In this document: in pieces, positions 35,574 through 47,631 of the stretch
Numbering within the stretch: the first letter of the stretch is position 1
How the letters are laid out: each line of letters opens with the position of its first letter
Source of the DNA: Saprolegnia diclina VS20
Lineage: Eukaryota
Length of the DNA stretch: 64,000 nucleotides
Direction of reading: 5' to 3'
NCBI RefSeq assembly: GCF_000281045.1
Contig: NW_008246070.1
Coordinates: 710,954 to 774,953 of the forward strand
Notes under the pieces: model-generated
What the model was told of the DNA's origin: nothing
Databases searched by the model: none
What the model saw: the letters and a program-made list of their open reading frames with translations, nothing else
Translations under genes and position numbers: made by a program

Positions 35574-36362
35574 GCTGAGTCAACTGGCCGGCGATGAAAG
35601 TGTGGCAAGGGGATCGATTGCACAGGCAATGCAAAATGGTCGAATCGCACGCTTCCAGCGCCAGCTGGCGCGGCTCGTGTGTAACTTCAGCATCAAGCTT
35701 TGTGGCGTGCCACTTCTTTTCCCGACCGTCCCCCCCACCGCCCATCAAATTGTAAAAGCATATCTTCCCATTCGTATGTCGTAGATCCAGGAGGCTTTAA
35801 ATTACATACGGCCCCCTACTTCGGTAGCGCAGCCCGTCACCAAAAAACACGCGTGCTGGGCGATCAAGACAGCCGTAACGAGCGCTCGCTTTTGCACGAT
35901 GGACGCTGCCAGCAAACCACCCACGAGTACTGGCAAGTGTGAACTTACGAGCTGTAAGAGCTCCGCTACGGTGGTCGGTTGAGAAAAGCAGAGGCGCGGA
36001 AGGGTTGACGTGGCGAGATGGCTGGCGCCAGCGCCGCGAGCCAGTTTGGCGCGACGGCAACAAGACGCACTTCGTCGAAACCAGCCACTCGTGGACAAGA
36101 GCAAGCAAAGGCCGAGTGCGTCCATTACACTCGCGGCGTAATATACGCAGCGATACGCATGCATGCAACCCCCCAGCAACCGAGGTGCGATCGCGTCGGG
36201 TGCGCTTTCATGCCCATCACACCAATACGGTGCGCTTTTGGGAATTCAGTGCGGATTTGAGGAAAAGGTGCGCTTTTACCTATCCGGACAGGTTCGGATA
36301 TCTTACGGAGCTTTTCGCGAAACGTGGCCCCGTCATTTTCGAGTTGCCTTCCTCTCCGTAGC

Positions 36363-37683
36363 ATGCGGCTGATCGTCTACCTCGTCGCGCTCTTGGCCGG
36401 CCTCCTGCTCGTGCTGGCTCATGACCATCACCATCATGATCATGACGACTACTATGACAGTACGACGCCGATCCATCATGTGTCATGCAACTCGACGTGG
36501 CATGTGTAGTCTTGGGCTTGGGTATGGACGCGTCCGAGAGCGACATCAAGAAGGCGTACCGTCGCCTGAGCTTGCAGTACCATCCCGACAAGAACCCGGG
36601 GAATGCAGACGCCGAGGCCAAGTTCCAAAAGGTTTCGCGGGCATATGAAGTGCTCTCCAACGTTGAGACACGGGACATCTACGACCTCGAAGGCGAAGAA
36701 GGCTTGGAACGCCACACCAACCAGGCGGGCCGCCCCGCGAGTCCTTTTGGTACGTGTTTCATGCGCAAGAGCGATGCGCGAGCCCTGTTGTAGATGCGTT
36801 CTTTGGCGGTGGCGGTGGCAAGCCGCGCGGCCCAGACGCGACCGTGGACATTCCCGTCACACTGGAAGAGCTCTACAACGGCGCCGAGAAGCAAGCGCGC
36901 TTCATGAAGAATGTCATTTGCCGCAAGTGTCGTGGTAGTGGTGCCAAGGACGGCAAGGTACGACATCGACGCCATGTCTGCGATTGATGCTCATGCCACC
37001 GTCCAGACCAAGCCCTGCAAGACGTGCGGTGGCCAAGGCATCGTGCTTGTGCAGCAGCAAATGGGCCCCGGTACTACCCTCGACGATCGCCCTTTATCAG
37101 CATATTCGGTGTAGGGTTCACCGTGCAAATGCAGCAGCAGTGTCCCAAGTGCGGCGGGAAGGGCAAGACGTTCAAGCACAAGTGTCCGCACTGCCACGGC
37201 AACAAGGTGGTCGCGGAAGAGAAGATCATCACGGGCGTCATCGAACGGGGCATGCCGTCCAACCACGAAATCGTCTTTGAGCGAGAGAGCGAGCAGCGGC
37301 CCGGTATGATTCCGGGCAACGTCATCATGCGTCTCGTCCAGCAGCCGCACAAGACGTTCCGGTACGCGCTTGCTTCTATCTCAAATGCCTATATCGATGA
37401 ATGTAGGCGGGCGGGCGACGACCTCCACACGGAGATCACGGTCTCACTTCGTGACGCGCTCTTGGGGTTTGAGAAAGACCTCGTGCACCTCGACGGCCGC
37501 CGCGTCAAGATCGACGCCGACGACGTCACGATGCCGTTCCAGGTGCGCACGCTCCATGGCGAAGGCATGCCGCACCACAACTTTCCCTCGAACGCCGGCG
37601 ACCTCCACGTGCTCCACCGCATCCAGTTCCCGTCGCAGCTCTCGGACGCGCAAAAGAAGCTCCTCGAGCGCCTCCTGCCATAG
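36363..37683 (+). CDS. ER-luminal DnaJ/Hsp40 (ERdj3/DNAJB11/Scj1-like) with signal peptide and zinc finger, multi-exon
   Basis: Signal peptide [20 protein letters not shown]-domain [20 protein letters not shown]; CxxCxGxG repeats; C-terminal GEGMP..GDL. Confidence 0.93.
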
Positions 37684-37752
37684 ACTCGAATCGCCCAAGC
37701 TCCAAGCATCGTCGCGTTGCCACGTAGTCAATGAAGAAAAGACGCAGTGGAA

Positions 37753-39475
37753 TTAAGGGTTGTACATGGCGTTTTGGCACAGCTCGGTCCAGCTCGACGG
37801 CTCGTCGATCGTCGCGTAGCCCTGCTTGAAGCCGTACTCGGCGACAGCCGCGGCAATGTACAGCGAGACCTCGCGGATCTTGGAGAGCGGCGGGTACACG
37901 CTGCCCGTCGCCAGGTCCTCTTCCGTGACGCGGTCTGCGAGCGTGCGCGCCGCGACAAGCATGATCGTGTCGTCGACGCGCGTGAGGCCGGCCGCGACGA
38001 CGCCGAGGCCAATGCCCGGGAAGACGTACGCGTTGTTGCCCTGGCCGGACACAAACACCTGGTCGTTGAACGTGACAGGGTCGAACGGTGACCCGCTCGC
38101 AAAGACGCAGCGGCCGTTGGTCCACGTGTAGGCCTCTTCGGCCGTGCATTCGGCCTTGGACGTCGGGTTGGAGAGCGCAAAGATGACGGGACGCTCGTTG
38201 AGCTCGGCCATTTTTTCGCAGACCTCCTGGTTGAAGGTCTTGGCGATCGTGCACACGCCAATGAGCACGGACGGGCGGACACGCTCGATGGTCTCGATCA
38301 AGGTACTTGCCGGCTCCACTTCGTGGGCGTAGTTGATCTTGTGGTGCTGGAGCTCTTCGAGGCGGCTGGCGACCACGAGGCCCTTGGAGTCGACGAGCGA
38401 GATCTGGCGGCGTGCGTCTTCAATGCTCTTCTCCGGGTCTTCCTGCGTGATGGCCATCGCGATGAGGTCCGCGATCCCCGTGCCGGCTTCGCCCGCGCCC
38501 ATAAAGACAAACGTGTGCTCCGAGAGGCGCTTCTTGGTCATCTCTTCGGCCGCAAAGAGACCGCCCAGGACGACCGAGGCCGTGCCCTGGATGTCGTCGT
38601 TGAACGTGCAGTGCGTCTCCTGGTACTTGTGGAGGAGGCGGAACGCGTTCGTGTTGCCAAAGTCTTCAAACTGGAGCAGCACCTGCGGGCCGTACTTGGC
38701 CTTGGCCTCGTTCATAAACTCGTCGATGAGCTCGTCGTACGCCGACGACCGGTCGCGCTTCTGGCGCAGGCCCATGTAGAACGGGTCGTCGAGGATGCTC
38801 TGCGTGTTAGTGCCCACGTCGATCGTGACGGGGAGGCAGTACTTGGGGTGGACGCCCGCGCACGCCGTGTAGAGCGCGAGCTTGCCGATCGGGATGCCCA
38901 TGCCGTTGAGACCGAGGTCGCCGAGGCCGAGGATGCGCTCGCCGTCCGTAAAGACGATCGCGCGGATGTCCTCCTCGGGCCAGTTGTCGAGGATCTCGCG
39001 CACATGGCCCAGGTCGTTGATCGAGATGTAGAGGCCGCGCGGCGTCTGGCGGTAAATGTGGCTGAACTCCGTGCACGCCTGGCCGACCGTCGGCGTGTAC
39101 ACGATCGGCATGAGCTCGTGCGTGTGCTGCGCGAGCATGCGGTAGTACAGCTGCTCGTTGCGGTCCTGCATGCTCTGCATGTAAATGTACTTTTCGATCG
39201 GCGTCGCCTTGGAGCGCAACTGCGCCATCGCGTGCTCCAAGTGGAGCTCGGGCGACCAGACCGCCGGCGGGAGGAGGCCGCGGAGGCTCTGCGCCTCGCG
39301 TTCGTCTTCCGTGAATTCCAGGCCCTTCGACCATGTGAGACATCGCTTCAACAACTCAGAACTGAGTACCTTGTTCAAGTTGGGGGCATGCATGACGGCA
39401 AAGCCTTGGGTGTTCTGGGCAGGAGCCTACAGGAAGGCGTGAGCGACTGCTGGAGACAAGAGCGCCGACTACCAT
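37753..39475 (-). CDS. Malic enzyme (NADP-dependent type), 3 exons; first exon is ATG only
   Basis: Motifs MPIVYTPTVGQAC, FTDGERILGLGDLG, QFEDF, FNDDIQGT, GAGEAGTG, FALSNPTSKAEC, NNAYVFPG. Confidence 0.97.
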
Positions 39476-39501
39476 GGTGTGAAGCGGGTGCGTCCGACGG
39501 A

Positions 39502-39519
39502 GCGAAATGAAAAGTGAGC
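39502..39519 (-). promoter_or_regulatory. INR/FPR-like core promoter of the malic enzyme gene
   Basis: Minus strand GCTCACTTTTCATTTCGC about 30-45 nt upstream of the ATG resembles the oomycete initiator + FPR consensus. Confidence 0.55.
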
Positions 39520-39743
39520 TGCTTGCTCCGTCGCGGGTTCTCTCCCAGGCGGCGCGCGCGCCGGCCCCACTAAGTACGATGACGTGGGAGCCCACGAGAA
39601 TCTTCGACCTTGAAGTTGCGAAGATCGCGCCGAGGCCGTTGACGAAACGAGCGAGTTCGATGGAACAAAGGAAGTTCGCCACAAGAACAGAGCCGCGCCG
39701 ACGTGCCACGTTTCGTCAACGCCGATCACGCGGTCGCGCGTCT

Positions 39744-39851
39744 GATTGGCTTCTCCGTTGGCGGCAACGTCCACGGTGGCGTGGCAGCGTCACGCCAACG
39801 CTCCAACGCATGGCGCTGGCTTCTGATTGGTCACTTGCCGCTAAAGATTGG
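39744..39851 (-). promoter_or_regulatory. Three CCAAT boxes upstream of the malic enzyme gene
   Basis: GATTGG at 39744, 39825 and 39846 (CCAATC on the minus strand). Confidence 0.5.
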
Positions 39852-41944
39852 CGCGCGTGGGATGCCTGACCGCGTCGCCTCGCAGCCTGAACCAGGTCGC
39901 TCGACCAAGCTGGCGCTTGCGCGATCGCGGCCGAGGGGTAGGGCCCTGCGCTCGGTAAAGTGCGATTTAGTCATTCGAGCGCTCCGTTGACGTCATTTTT
40001 GTCACAGGACGCGGCGCCCCAATGCTTCAAGGTGCACCCGAGCAGATGGCCGGTCGCCCGACGCACGGTGCCCACAAGCGTCGCCTGCGAAATCATCGCG
40101 CGTCGCAGCGCCAGCCATCGCAATGCACGCCCTGCATCACTCGCAAAGCGGGTGCGTTTTTTACGTTTTTTTACGTTGGATTCGCTTGGGAATTGGCGCC
40201 GAGGAAGGGGCGCGGACACCAACTCGTGACGGCTTGGTCTACTTGGTCCGAGGTTTCATGCAGAAAAGGCTGCTGCGTACTGGTACCGTAACGTAGATGG
40301 GTGCGCGCACGCCGTCGGGTTCCTCTACCGACGCATCGTCGTCGCGGCGTGAGGAGATAACCAGCGCAAATCAAGGACAAATGCACGGAGAGGCCCCGCG
40401 GGGTGCGTGGCGCTGCAGCGAGGGGAGGCGCGGACGACAGCCTTTCCGATTCCGATGTTGCATTGGCGGCGCCCCGTCACGTTGATTGCAGAGACCCGCC
40501 AAGGCCCAGTAATCAACCCGTGACTCAAGGCTGTCTTCAACATGGCCCAAGCATATGGACATGATCGTCCTTCTGCCGGCGCCGATCAAACTGCGGCGTC
40601 GAGGCCCTGGACGCTGGCAGCAAAGACAGCCATCTCTCGCACCCCACTACAACGACTTCGCATGCACGAGTTGGGTCACAACGTCGTCAAAGCGAGCGGC
40701 CGCAGCGTATCCGTGCCACTTCGCGAGCGCTCCCGAAGCATCGCGAGCCGTGCACCGTCGTTGTCGCGCGGCCGCATCCACTCGTCTCGCGTCGAACCCG
40801 CGACGTGTGGCAGTGCGGAATTTGGCTCTGGAAGCGCCAGACTCTGGCGGTGCCTCCGTTTAACCAGGAGCGTCCAAAGGAGTAGCCTTGGTTTGGTATG
40901 GGTACTACGGCCGCAAGGTTGATGATGCTATTGTTTATCTTCCACCGCTTCGTTGCTCGCTCGTGGCGGCGTCTGGTACCGTCGACGACGCGTGTAGTCA
41001 TGCATGAAGGACTTCGGCTCGATTTGAGAGGGTGTTAATGGCGTGGAATGCCGGGATGAGCTGCGTAAACGACGATAAGCTCCATATCTGGACGACACAT
41101 CGCTTCGGTGTGCAGCAGCACGTGCTAGAGATGGCCAGACGCCACCTACGATATCGCGAATGGCGCCTTGGGGGAAAGCCCTGGTCGTTGCGAGCAACCT
41201 TCACGACAACACCGACCACTGCAAGGGGACCGCGTGTCAACGGTGCCAGCAAGTCGATTCGATTGACGCATGGGTCGTCGGAACATGCACCGCCACGAAC
41301 GCCTCGGTCCGTGGAAGGCCGATCGAGCGATGGTATAGCATGTGCAGCGGTCCTAAAGTGCATCGTTTGGGTAGCGCCAGCGACGCGTACGCTGCTCGAT
41401 GGTCAAAATGTGTGCGATCGTGTTGGGCCGCATGGACGTTTGTTTGCTGCTGAAATAACGGGATCATCCCTGCTCGACGATGGCACCCCGTCGTGTCTGA
41501 GCGGCTTGGCGCTGAGCCCGGGTCTTCTCGCGGCGCATTCGCCCTTGCTCGCTGCGATTCGAGGCAGCTTTACCTCTCGGCATCAAAGGCCAATGGACGG
41601 CGTCGCGTACCTACGACGCGGCGGCCATGCATCTGATCCGTCACGGCGTTGACACGATCGACTCAGACACGTCCGAGGCAGATCGTCGAGTCCCTACCAT
41701 GTTCGCCAGGCGCCGAACGCCCACCCAGTCGCCGCCATTCCGTTGTCCATAAGCATCGTTCGATGCAGGAAGATCCAGGGAATTCCCTCTTGATCGAACC
41801 CAGCTGGGCACCGGCCCTTCCGCCAACCGGACCGTTTATGCGCGCTGGCACGAGGCCACGTGTGCGGTTCCGGATGGTATCCGGCGCCGGCAATTTGCGG
41901 CTCAAGCTCAGTCCCGAAAAACTTTCGAAGCCGCCAGCAGCAGC

Positions 41945-43037
41945 ATGCTCAAGGACAAGCCCGCCATGTCGTACGTCGTCATGCGGGAGCGAATGGAAGG
42001 CTCATCCTGGCGTAGGCACTTTGTGACCAAGCACAAGGGGAACATTGCGCTCTGGACAGGCTTCTTTGTCTTTGTCATCTTTGCCTACCACCTCTTTAGC
42101 GACGGCGACTTTTCGTTCCTCATGGTACAGTACATGCGTCGCCACGCATGGCTTCTAATGGCCTCGCCGTAGACCTTTGGCGCCTTTGTCCGCGCCTTTG
42201 GCTTTGGCATCCTCATCTTCAAGTCGCTCACGCAGCGCTCGGTCTCGGGCCTCTCGCTCAAGACGCTCCAGCTGTACGCGTTTGTCTTCTTCTTCCGCCT
42301 CTGCTCGATCTTGCGCTACCAAGGCTACTTGCCGTACGACCGCAGCGGCGACTGGCTCTACACGTTTATTGAGTTTGTCGGCCTCGCCTTGACGCTGGGC
42401 GTCATCTTCCTCGTCACGGTGCAGTTCCGCGGCTCGTACGAGTTCCGCTACGACACCTTTGGCTTTCTCCACATCCCGTCCGAGTATGGCATTGCATACA
42501 TTCTTGGCCCGTGCATCTTCCTCGGCATGGTACGCTCGCTCTCCAGACTGGGCTTACCAGGTGCCACCATAGCTCATCCACCCGAACCTCAACATGAACT
42601 GGTTTGCCGACGTCTCGTGGACGATCGCGCTCTACATTGAGGCTCGACGCATCCTTTGCCTCTCGCCGGCGCTCATCCTCTTGTACGTAGGCGGTTGCGA
42701 TCTTGCCGCAGCTCTTTATGTTTCAAAAGCGTGGCGGCGGTACCGTCGAATCGTGCATCTCGCACTGGGTCTACGCGCTCGCGTTTGGCTCGTTCCTCCA
42801 CCTCGTACGTGCTTGCGTCGTCGAACGAGGTGCTCACGTCACTGTCTCTAGTGGTTTTGGATGTTCTCGTACCACGAGTTGGGCGAGAAGGAGGCCGGCC
42901 ACCACGTCGGGTACACGGTCATCTTCGTGCAGATTGGCCACATGATCATGATGGGCGATTTTCTGTACTACTACTTCAAGAGCCTCAAGGACGGCGGCCC
43001 GATGATGCTGCCGACGCACGGCGGCTACCAAGTGTAA
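41945..43037 (+). CDS. ERD2: ER lumen protein-retaining receptor family protein (ERD2-related, N-terminally extended type), multi-exon
   Basis: SVSGLSLKTLQLY, YLPYDRSGDWLY, IHPNL, WTIALYIEAVAILPQLFMFQK, MGDFLYYYFKSL. Confidence 0.9.
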
Positions 43038-43339
43038 ATTTGTGGTTGTTTTGACGTCAAATACACGACTCCTGTCCTGCATATACATTGCCTTCTCTCG
43101 GTCGCGCCTTGAACGAGTGGCAGGAAGCGAGCCTCCTTGGGTCCTTCGGGAGTAGCGCAACAAACACGACGCGCAGTGCACCATGTCCAGAGCACATTGC
43201 AAGGAAACCTCATTGCCCTCTCGATGCACATTCCCGCGTTGAATACTTTTGCATTTGGGAGGGGCATGGTCGCCGACCTCGGTCTGTCCTCGATATGACA
43301 ATCTGTACATCCGTGATAAATACTCTATTTAGAATCGGA

Positions 43340-44512
43340 TTACGCGTCGACGCGGCTGTACGACGCGTCGTCTTCCATCATAAAGGTTGATTGCTCGAGG
43401 GCCGAGGCCTCGAGGACGCCGGATCGGCCGCCGACGCCGGACGCGCCCATGATGGCCGACGCTTCGAGCAAGCTCGTCGGGTCGTCGAGCGTCACGTCTG
43501 TCGCGCTGTTGCCGCTGTGTTCGTCGTGGATGACGGCGACGCACACGTGGCAGACGCGGGCGTCGGTGGCTTTGTCCTTACCGCTGAGGAAGAGCCGTCG
43601 ACGATGCTTGGTGCACTTGCCACAGAGAATGCGACCACAGAGGCGGCAGTGATGGCGGCGCCGGAAAAACGTAAAGCGGCGGCTGCACGACTGGCACTCG
43701 TGCCGGACCGCGGTCGCCCACTCCTTGCAGTTGGCGACAAACTTGACGAGGAACGAAAGCTCGTTGTCGGACGTAAGGTCGGTGACCATGCGGTTGTGGT
43801 TGTCGGGCACGTTCCACTCGGCGCCAAACTCAACGAGGCAGCCCGCAATCTTCCAAAGCTTGCGCTCGACCGCGACGTGCAAGAGAGTGTTCTCGCGGCG
43901 CACCCATGCGTTCGGGTCGACGCGCCGCTCGAGAAAGAGGCGCGTCACTTCGGCGTGGTCGACGGTCGCCGTCAAGATGTGGGCGGCGAGCGGGCTCAGG
44001 CTGTGGCCGTTGCAGTCGTTGAGCCGATCCGCCGGCAGTTGCGGCAAAATCACTTCGAGTACATGGCCTGCGTCGGGTGCCGACGACGTCGCTGCAAAGT
44101 GCAGAGGCGTGTTGCCGTGGACGTCGCTCGCGAGGAGGAGCTGTGCACCCTTGGGCACAGTCAAGAGCATCTTGATCACTGGGACGTGGCCGTGCTTGCA
44201 GGCAATGTGCATGGCGGTGTGGCCTTGCTTCTTCGTGCCCAAGAGACAAAAGTCGACAAGGTTGCCTTCGTACGTCCCAAGGAGCGACTTGATGAGCGTC
44301 GCGTCGCCCTTGAGCGCGGCGCGGTGAAGCGCGGTGAAGCCCGCGGCGTCCGGTACGAACGGGCTGTAGCCGAGCTGCCGCCACTTGGCGGCAGTGCTGA
44401 GCGAGTGCCGGATGGTCTTGAGGTTGATGTTCATGCTCGAGAGACTGTCCGAGAGCTTCGTCCCGCCGGCCGACAGCGTTGCCAAGAGCGCTTCGACGTT
44501 CTCGTGGTTCAT
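43340..44512 (-). CDS. Ankyrin-repeat + FYVE domain protein
   Basis: Ankyrins GFTALHRAA, GHTAMHIAC, GNTPLHFAA; FYVE CQSCSRRFTFFRRRHHCRLCGRILCGKC...RVCHVC. Confidence 0.93.
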   Translation of the reverse strand: MNHENVEALLATLSAGGTKLSDSLSSMNINLKTIRHSLSTAAKWRQLGYSPFVPDAAGFTALHRAALKGDATLIKSLLGTYEGNLVDFCLLGTKKQGHTAMHIACKHGHVPVIKMLLTVPKGAQLLLASDVHGNTPLHFAATSSAPDAGHVLEVILPQLPADRLNDCNGHSLSPLAAHILTATVDHAEVTRLFLERRVDPNAWVRRENTLLHVAVERKLWKIAGCLVEFGAEWNVPDNHNRMVTDLTSDNELSFLVKFVANCKEWATAVRHECQSCSRRFTFFRRRHHCRLCGRILCGKCTKHRRRLFLSGKDKATDARVCHVCVAVIHDEHSGNSATDVTLDDPTSLLEASAIMGASGVGGRSGVLEASALEQSTFMMEDDASYSRVDA

Positions 44513-45310
44513 CGGAAATCTGCGACTGCCAAAAAAGGGCCTTCAACTGCTGGCACGGCTGAGATCCAGACCAATCCGCACGGATGGAGTCACTTTAGCT
44601 GACCAATCACAGGCCTGGCAGAGGTGGATTGGTGGCGTGGCAGCACCAGAAACGAGATCCAGTCGCCATGTGATGCCGAGGCGGACGGCGACCGGAAGCA
44701 CGACAGGGGTATTTCGCAGGCGCCGACGCGTGCAGGCGCCGACAATGTTGAGTGCCTGGCCGGCACGGGCGCGCATCCTGCGGGTGAGATTTGTCTGGCG
44801 AGATAGCGCTATGCAAAACGCGTCGACAAGTGCGGAACGGATGATCCAGTGGTGAGCTGGACCTGCCATCATTTCTCCGAGCTCACAATGCTCTGCAGAT
44901 GGCAAACTGCCGCTATCACTTCGATAGGCCGCGACCTCGACCTCGCACGTATCGCAGCTCGCGTCAAGTACGAGGTAAAGGCGTCGTCCACCGTCGTCGT
45001 CGTTCCATCATTCGACGTCACGACAAGCGGGCCGATTCGATGGAGCAAATAAGTTCTACGTTGTGTTTGTTCTTCACCCAGTAGGCCGCATTCTCTCACA
45101 ACAGATTCCATTAATTCACTGACGCGCGTCCATTAGTGAGGCAGTAGCCATTAGTCTCAGTCTCATCGGCGCGACCCCACTGACCAGGGTGAGGGTTTCA
45201 CTCGAGGGTCCCTTGGCGTTTCTCAAACGGTTCAGTGACGGTGGTTGCGTGCGAATAGTCTCTTCCGGTTCGTTTCCGGATACTGCAGTCTTTCATCATC
45301 GACAACACGC

Positions 45311-45589
45311 ATGGGCTGGCTCCGAGACCTCGGCGACGCTCACACGCGCCTAAAGAAGCGGATCCATGGCACGCGGATCCCGCTCTCGCCCGCGGGCATC
45401 CGCTTCATGAAGGTCGTCTACTTCACGACGCCCATTATCGGCGGCTACTTTGTCATGCAGTGGGCGCAGGCGCGGTCGGTTGCGAACCTCCGGGACCTGC
45501 ACGCGCCGCCACCGACGCAGAACCCCACCTCGTACCAGAACGACAGCTTGAAGGGGCTCCTCAAGGATATCGAGACGACCAAGAAGTAG
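45311..45589 (+). CDS. Small single-pass membrane protein (92 aa), unknown function
   Basis: Clean ATG-stop ORF with host-like GC3 codon use; hydrophobic VVYFTTPIIGGYFVMQWA after a basic N-terminus. Confidence 0.7.
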   Translation: MGWLRDLGDAHTRLKKRIHGTRIPLSPAGIRFMKVVYFTTPIIGGYFVMQWAQARSVANLRDLHAPPPTQNPTSYQNDSLKGLLKDIETTKK

Positions 45590-45696
45590 TAGAAGAGCTA
45601 ATAATCGTCGACCTCTTGGCTTCGAATTTCGTGGCGTCGAATATTGGACCTCGACCAATCGCTGCACGCGTCTGTTGGCACAAGATCACTCGGAGC

Positions 45697-46938
45697 ATGG
45701 AGGCGCGCGTGGACGGGCTCGTCGAGAAGCTGCGGCAGCTCTTCGAGGTCAAGTCAGGGTACCGCGACGGCGCGTCGCAGGCCAAGCTCCTCGAGAAGCA
45801 CTTTCGCTTCTTTGACAGCAATGCGTCGGGCTCGATCGATTTTCACGAGTTCATGGCCGCGATGCTACGGCTCAACTTTGTCGGCGTCCAGGCCGAGCTC
45901 GAGGATCTCTTTGACCGCTTTGACCAAGACCTCGACGGAACGCTCTCGTACACGGAGTTTGCTGCGGTCATATTCAACCTGCACGGCGCCGCAACGCCGC
46001 AAGTGCTCTCGGCTGTCGACCGCGTAGCTTCCAACGGAGGCGAGCCGACACTCACGAGCATGTCGTCTAGGTCAAAGCGCTGATTATGGACAGTGGTGGC
46101 CGAAATGGCATTCGCACGCTCCTCGTGATCCTGCGACGCATGGACGCCAACGGAGACAACACGATCGACAAGGAGGTTGCTTTCATCAGCTTTAGCGATG
46201 TGTCCCGACACATGGACGTAGGAATTCCACAACGGACTGCTCGACCTCGGTGCCCACCCCGCCGATGTCGATGGCGACGAGCTCAACACGATTTTTCGGT
46301 ACTTTGACCGCGATGGGAACGGCCGAATCACGCTGGACGAGCTCCTTCGTGGTCTTCGTGTGCGTCGCACGCTTCAAGTGCGAGCGTCTAAGTAGTCGTG
46401 TGCCATAGGGGCGTATGGCGAAGCGCCGCATTTTGCTGGTCCGCATGGCCTTCAATGTCCTCGACGCGTCCAAGGACGGGCTCGTGTCGATGGACGAGCT
46501 CGCGTCGCGCTTTGACACGTCGCATCACCCCGACGTGCTCTCTGGTCGGCTCACGCCACACGCGGCCCTGCACCAGTTTCTCTCGGTTTGGTCTCGCCTT
46601 GCCCATGGCAGGGTTCAGAGGTGTCGTAGATATTTGACGCGACCGAGACCATCGACTGGCACCACTTTCTCGGGTACTACAAGGACCTGAGCGCCGGCAT
46701 CGAGAACGACGACGAGTTCGAGCTCATTGTGCGCAACGCGTGGCACCTCTCGGGCGGCGACGGCTGGTGCGAAAACTCAACGTGTCGTCGCGTGCTCGTG
46801 ACGCACTCGGACGGTCGCCAAGAAGTCTGCGAGCTCCAAAACGACCTCGGCATCGGGCCCAACGATCGCACCACGATGATCCGACAGCTGCTCCTCCAAG
46901 GCGTGCGCGATATTGTCAACGTCTCGACGTGTGCTTGA
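45697..46938 (+). CDS. Calcyphosin-like EF-hand protein, multi-exon
   Basis: EF hands DSNASGSIDFHE, DQDLDGTLSYTE, DANGDNTIDKEE, DRDGNGRITLDE, DASKDGLVSMDE; HPDVLSG; YYKDLSAGIENDDEFELIVRNAWHL. Confidence 0.9.
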
Positions 46939-47631
46939 GGGATTCCATGTACAACGTGTCGTATTCCCTTTGCCAAGAACCGCGAACGAGTTGATGGTGG
47001 CGTAGTTCAGGAGCAAACCGTTGAGGCGGTGCCGTGCTGCAGCCATGGAGAAACGCGAGCAGCTGTGGGTGTTCAGAGAACGCTGTGGAAGTACGGCTTC
47101 CTCCACGCACCTCAAAGAAGGGCATCGAGACAGGCCGGCTGGTGTACCCCGGCGGCTCGCCGCTCTAGAGCCAGAGGGCAAGAACGAGCGATTGGCAACA
47201 TACTAGTATTGCAATAGGAGGAATACACTGCAAGCACCGAATGCTGGAAGCGTGCGCCGCCCAACCACCAAGCTGCTGCGGATGAGGATGATGACCTGTT
47301 CCGACAACTGGCAGAGCAAAGTGCAATGATGGGCTGCTGACCAGAACATTACTACGTCGCGCACGTCAGCCTGTGCACCAGCAGCCTCGTCCCCGAGGTT
47401 TGTATCTCGTCCAAGGAGCTGCGCACGGCTCTTGAAGGTGGCGAGCGGTCGCTGCTACTTTGGTAAAGGGGCTGGCAGCGTGGCGCGGTTGATGGATCGA
47501 GGCCAGTTGCGACATGCACCGCGATAACAAGTATGTGGCGTGAGCACCAATCAGATGTATTTTTCGATGGTTTTCAACCAATCACCAGAGATAAAGAAGC
47601 GACCGCCGGAGCGACCAGACGGGATTCGGCC

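Noticed and set aside
38323..39510. 395-aa ORF antisense to malic enzyme (similarly 54614-55747, 43391-44602, 4392-5735, 22297-23466)
   Set aside because: GC3-rich coding strands lack stops in the antisense frame; the real genes explain them.
41032..41652. 206-aa ORF in the long intergenic region
   Set aside because: No host-like codon bias and no recognisable domain.
47281..47340. ATGATGA...CTGA as a further C/D snoRNA
   Set aside because: Short, with no convincing terminal stem and no second copy; could be chance or decayed coding sequence.
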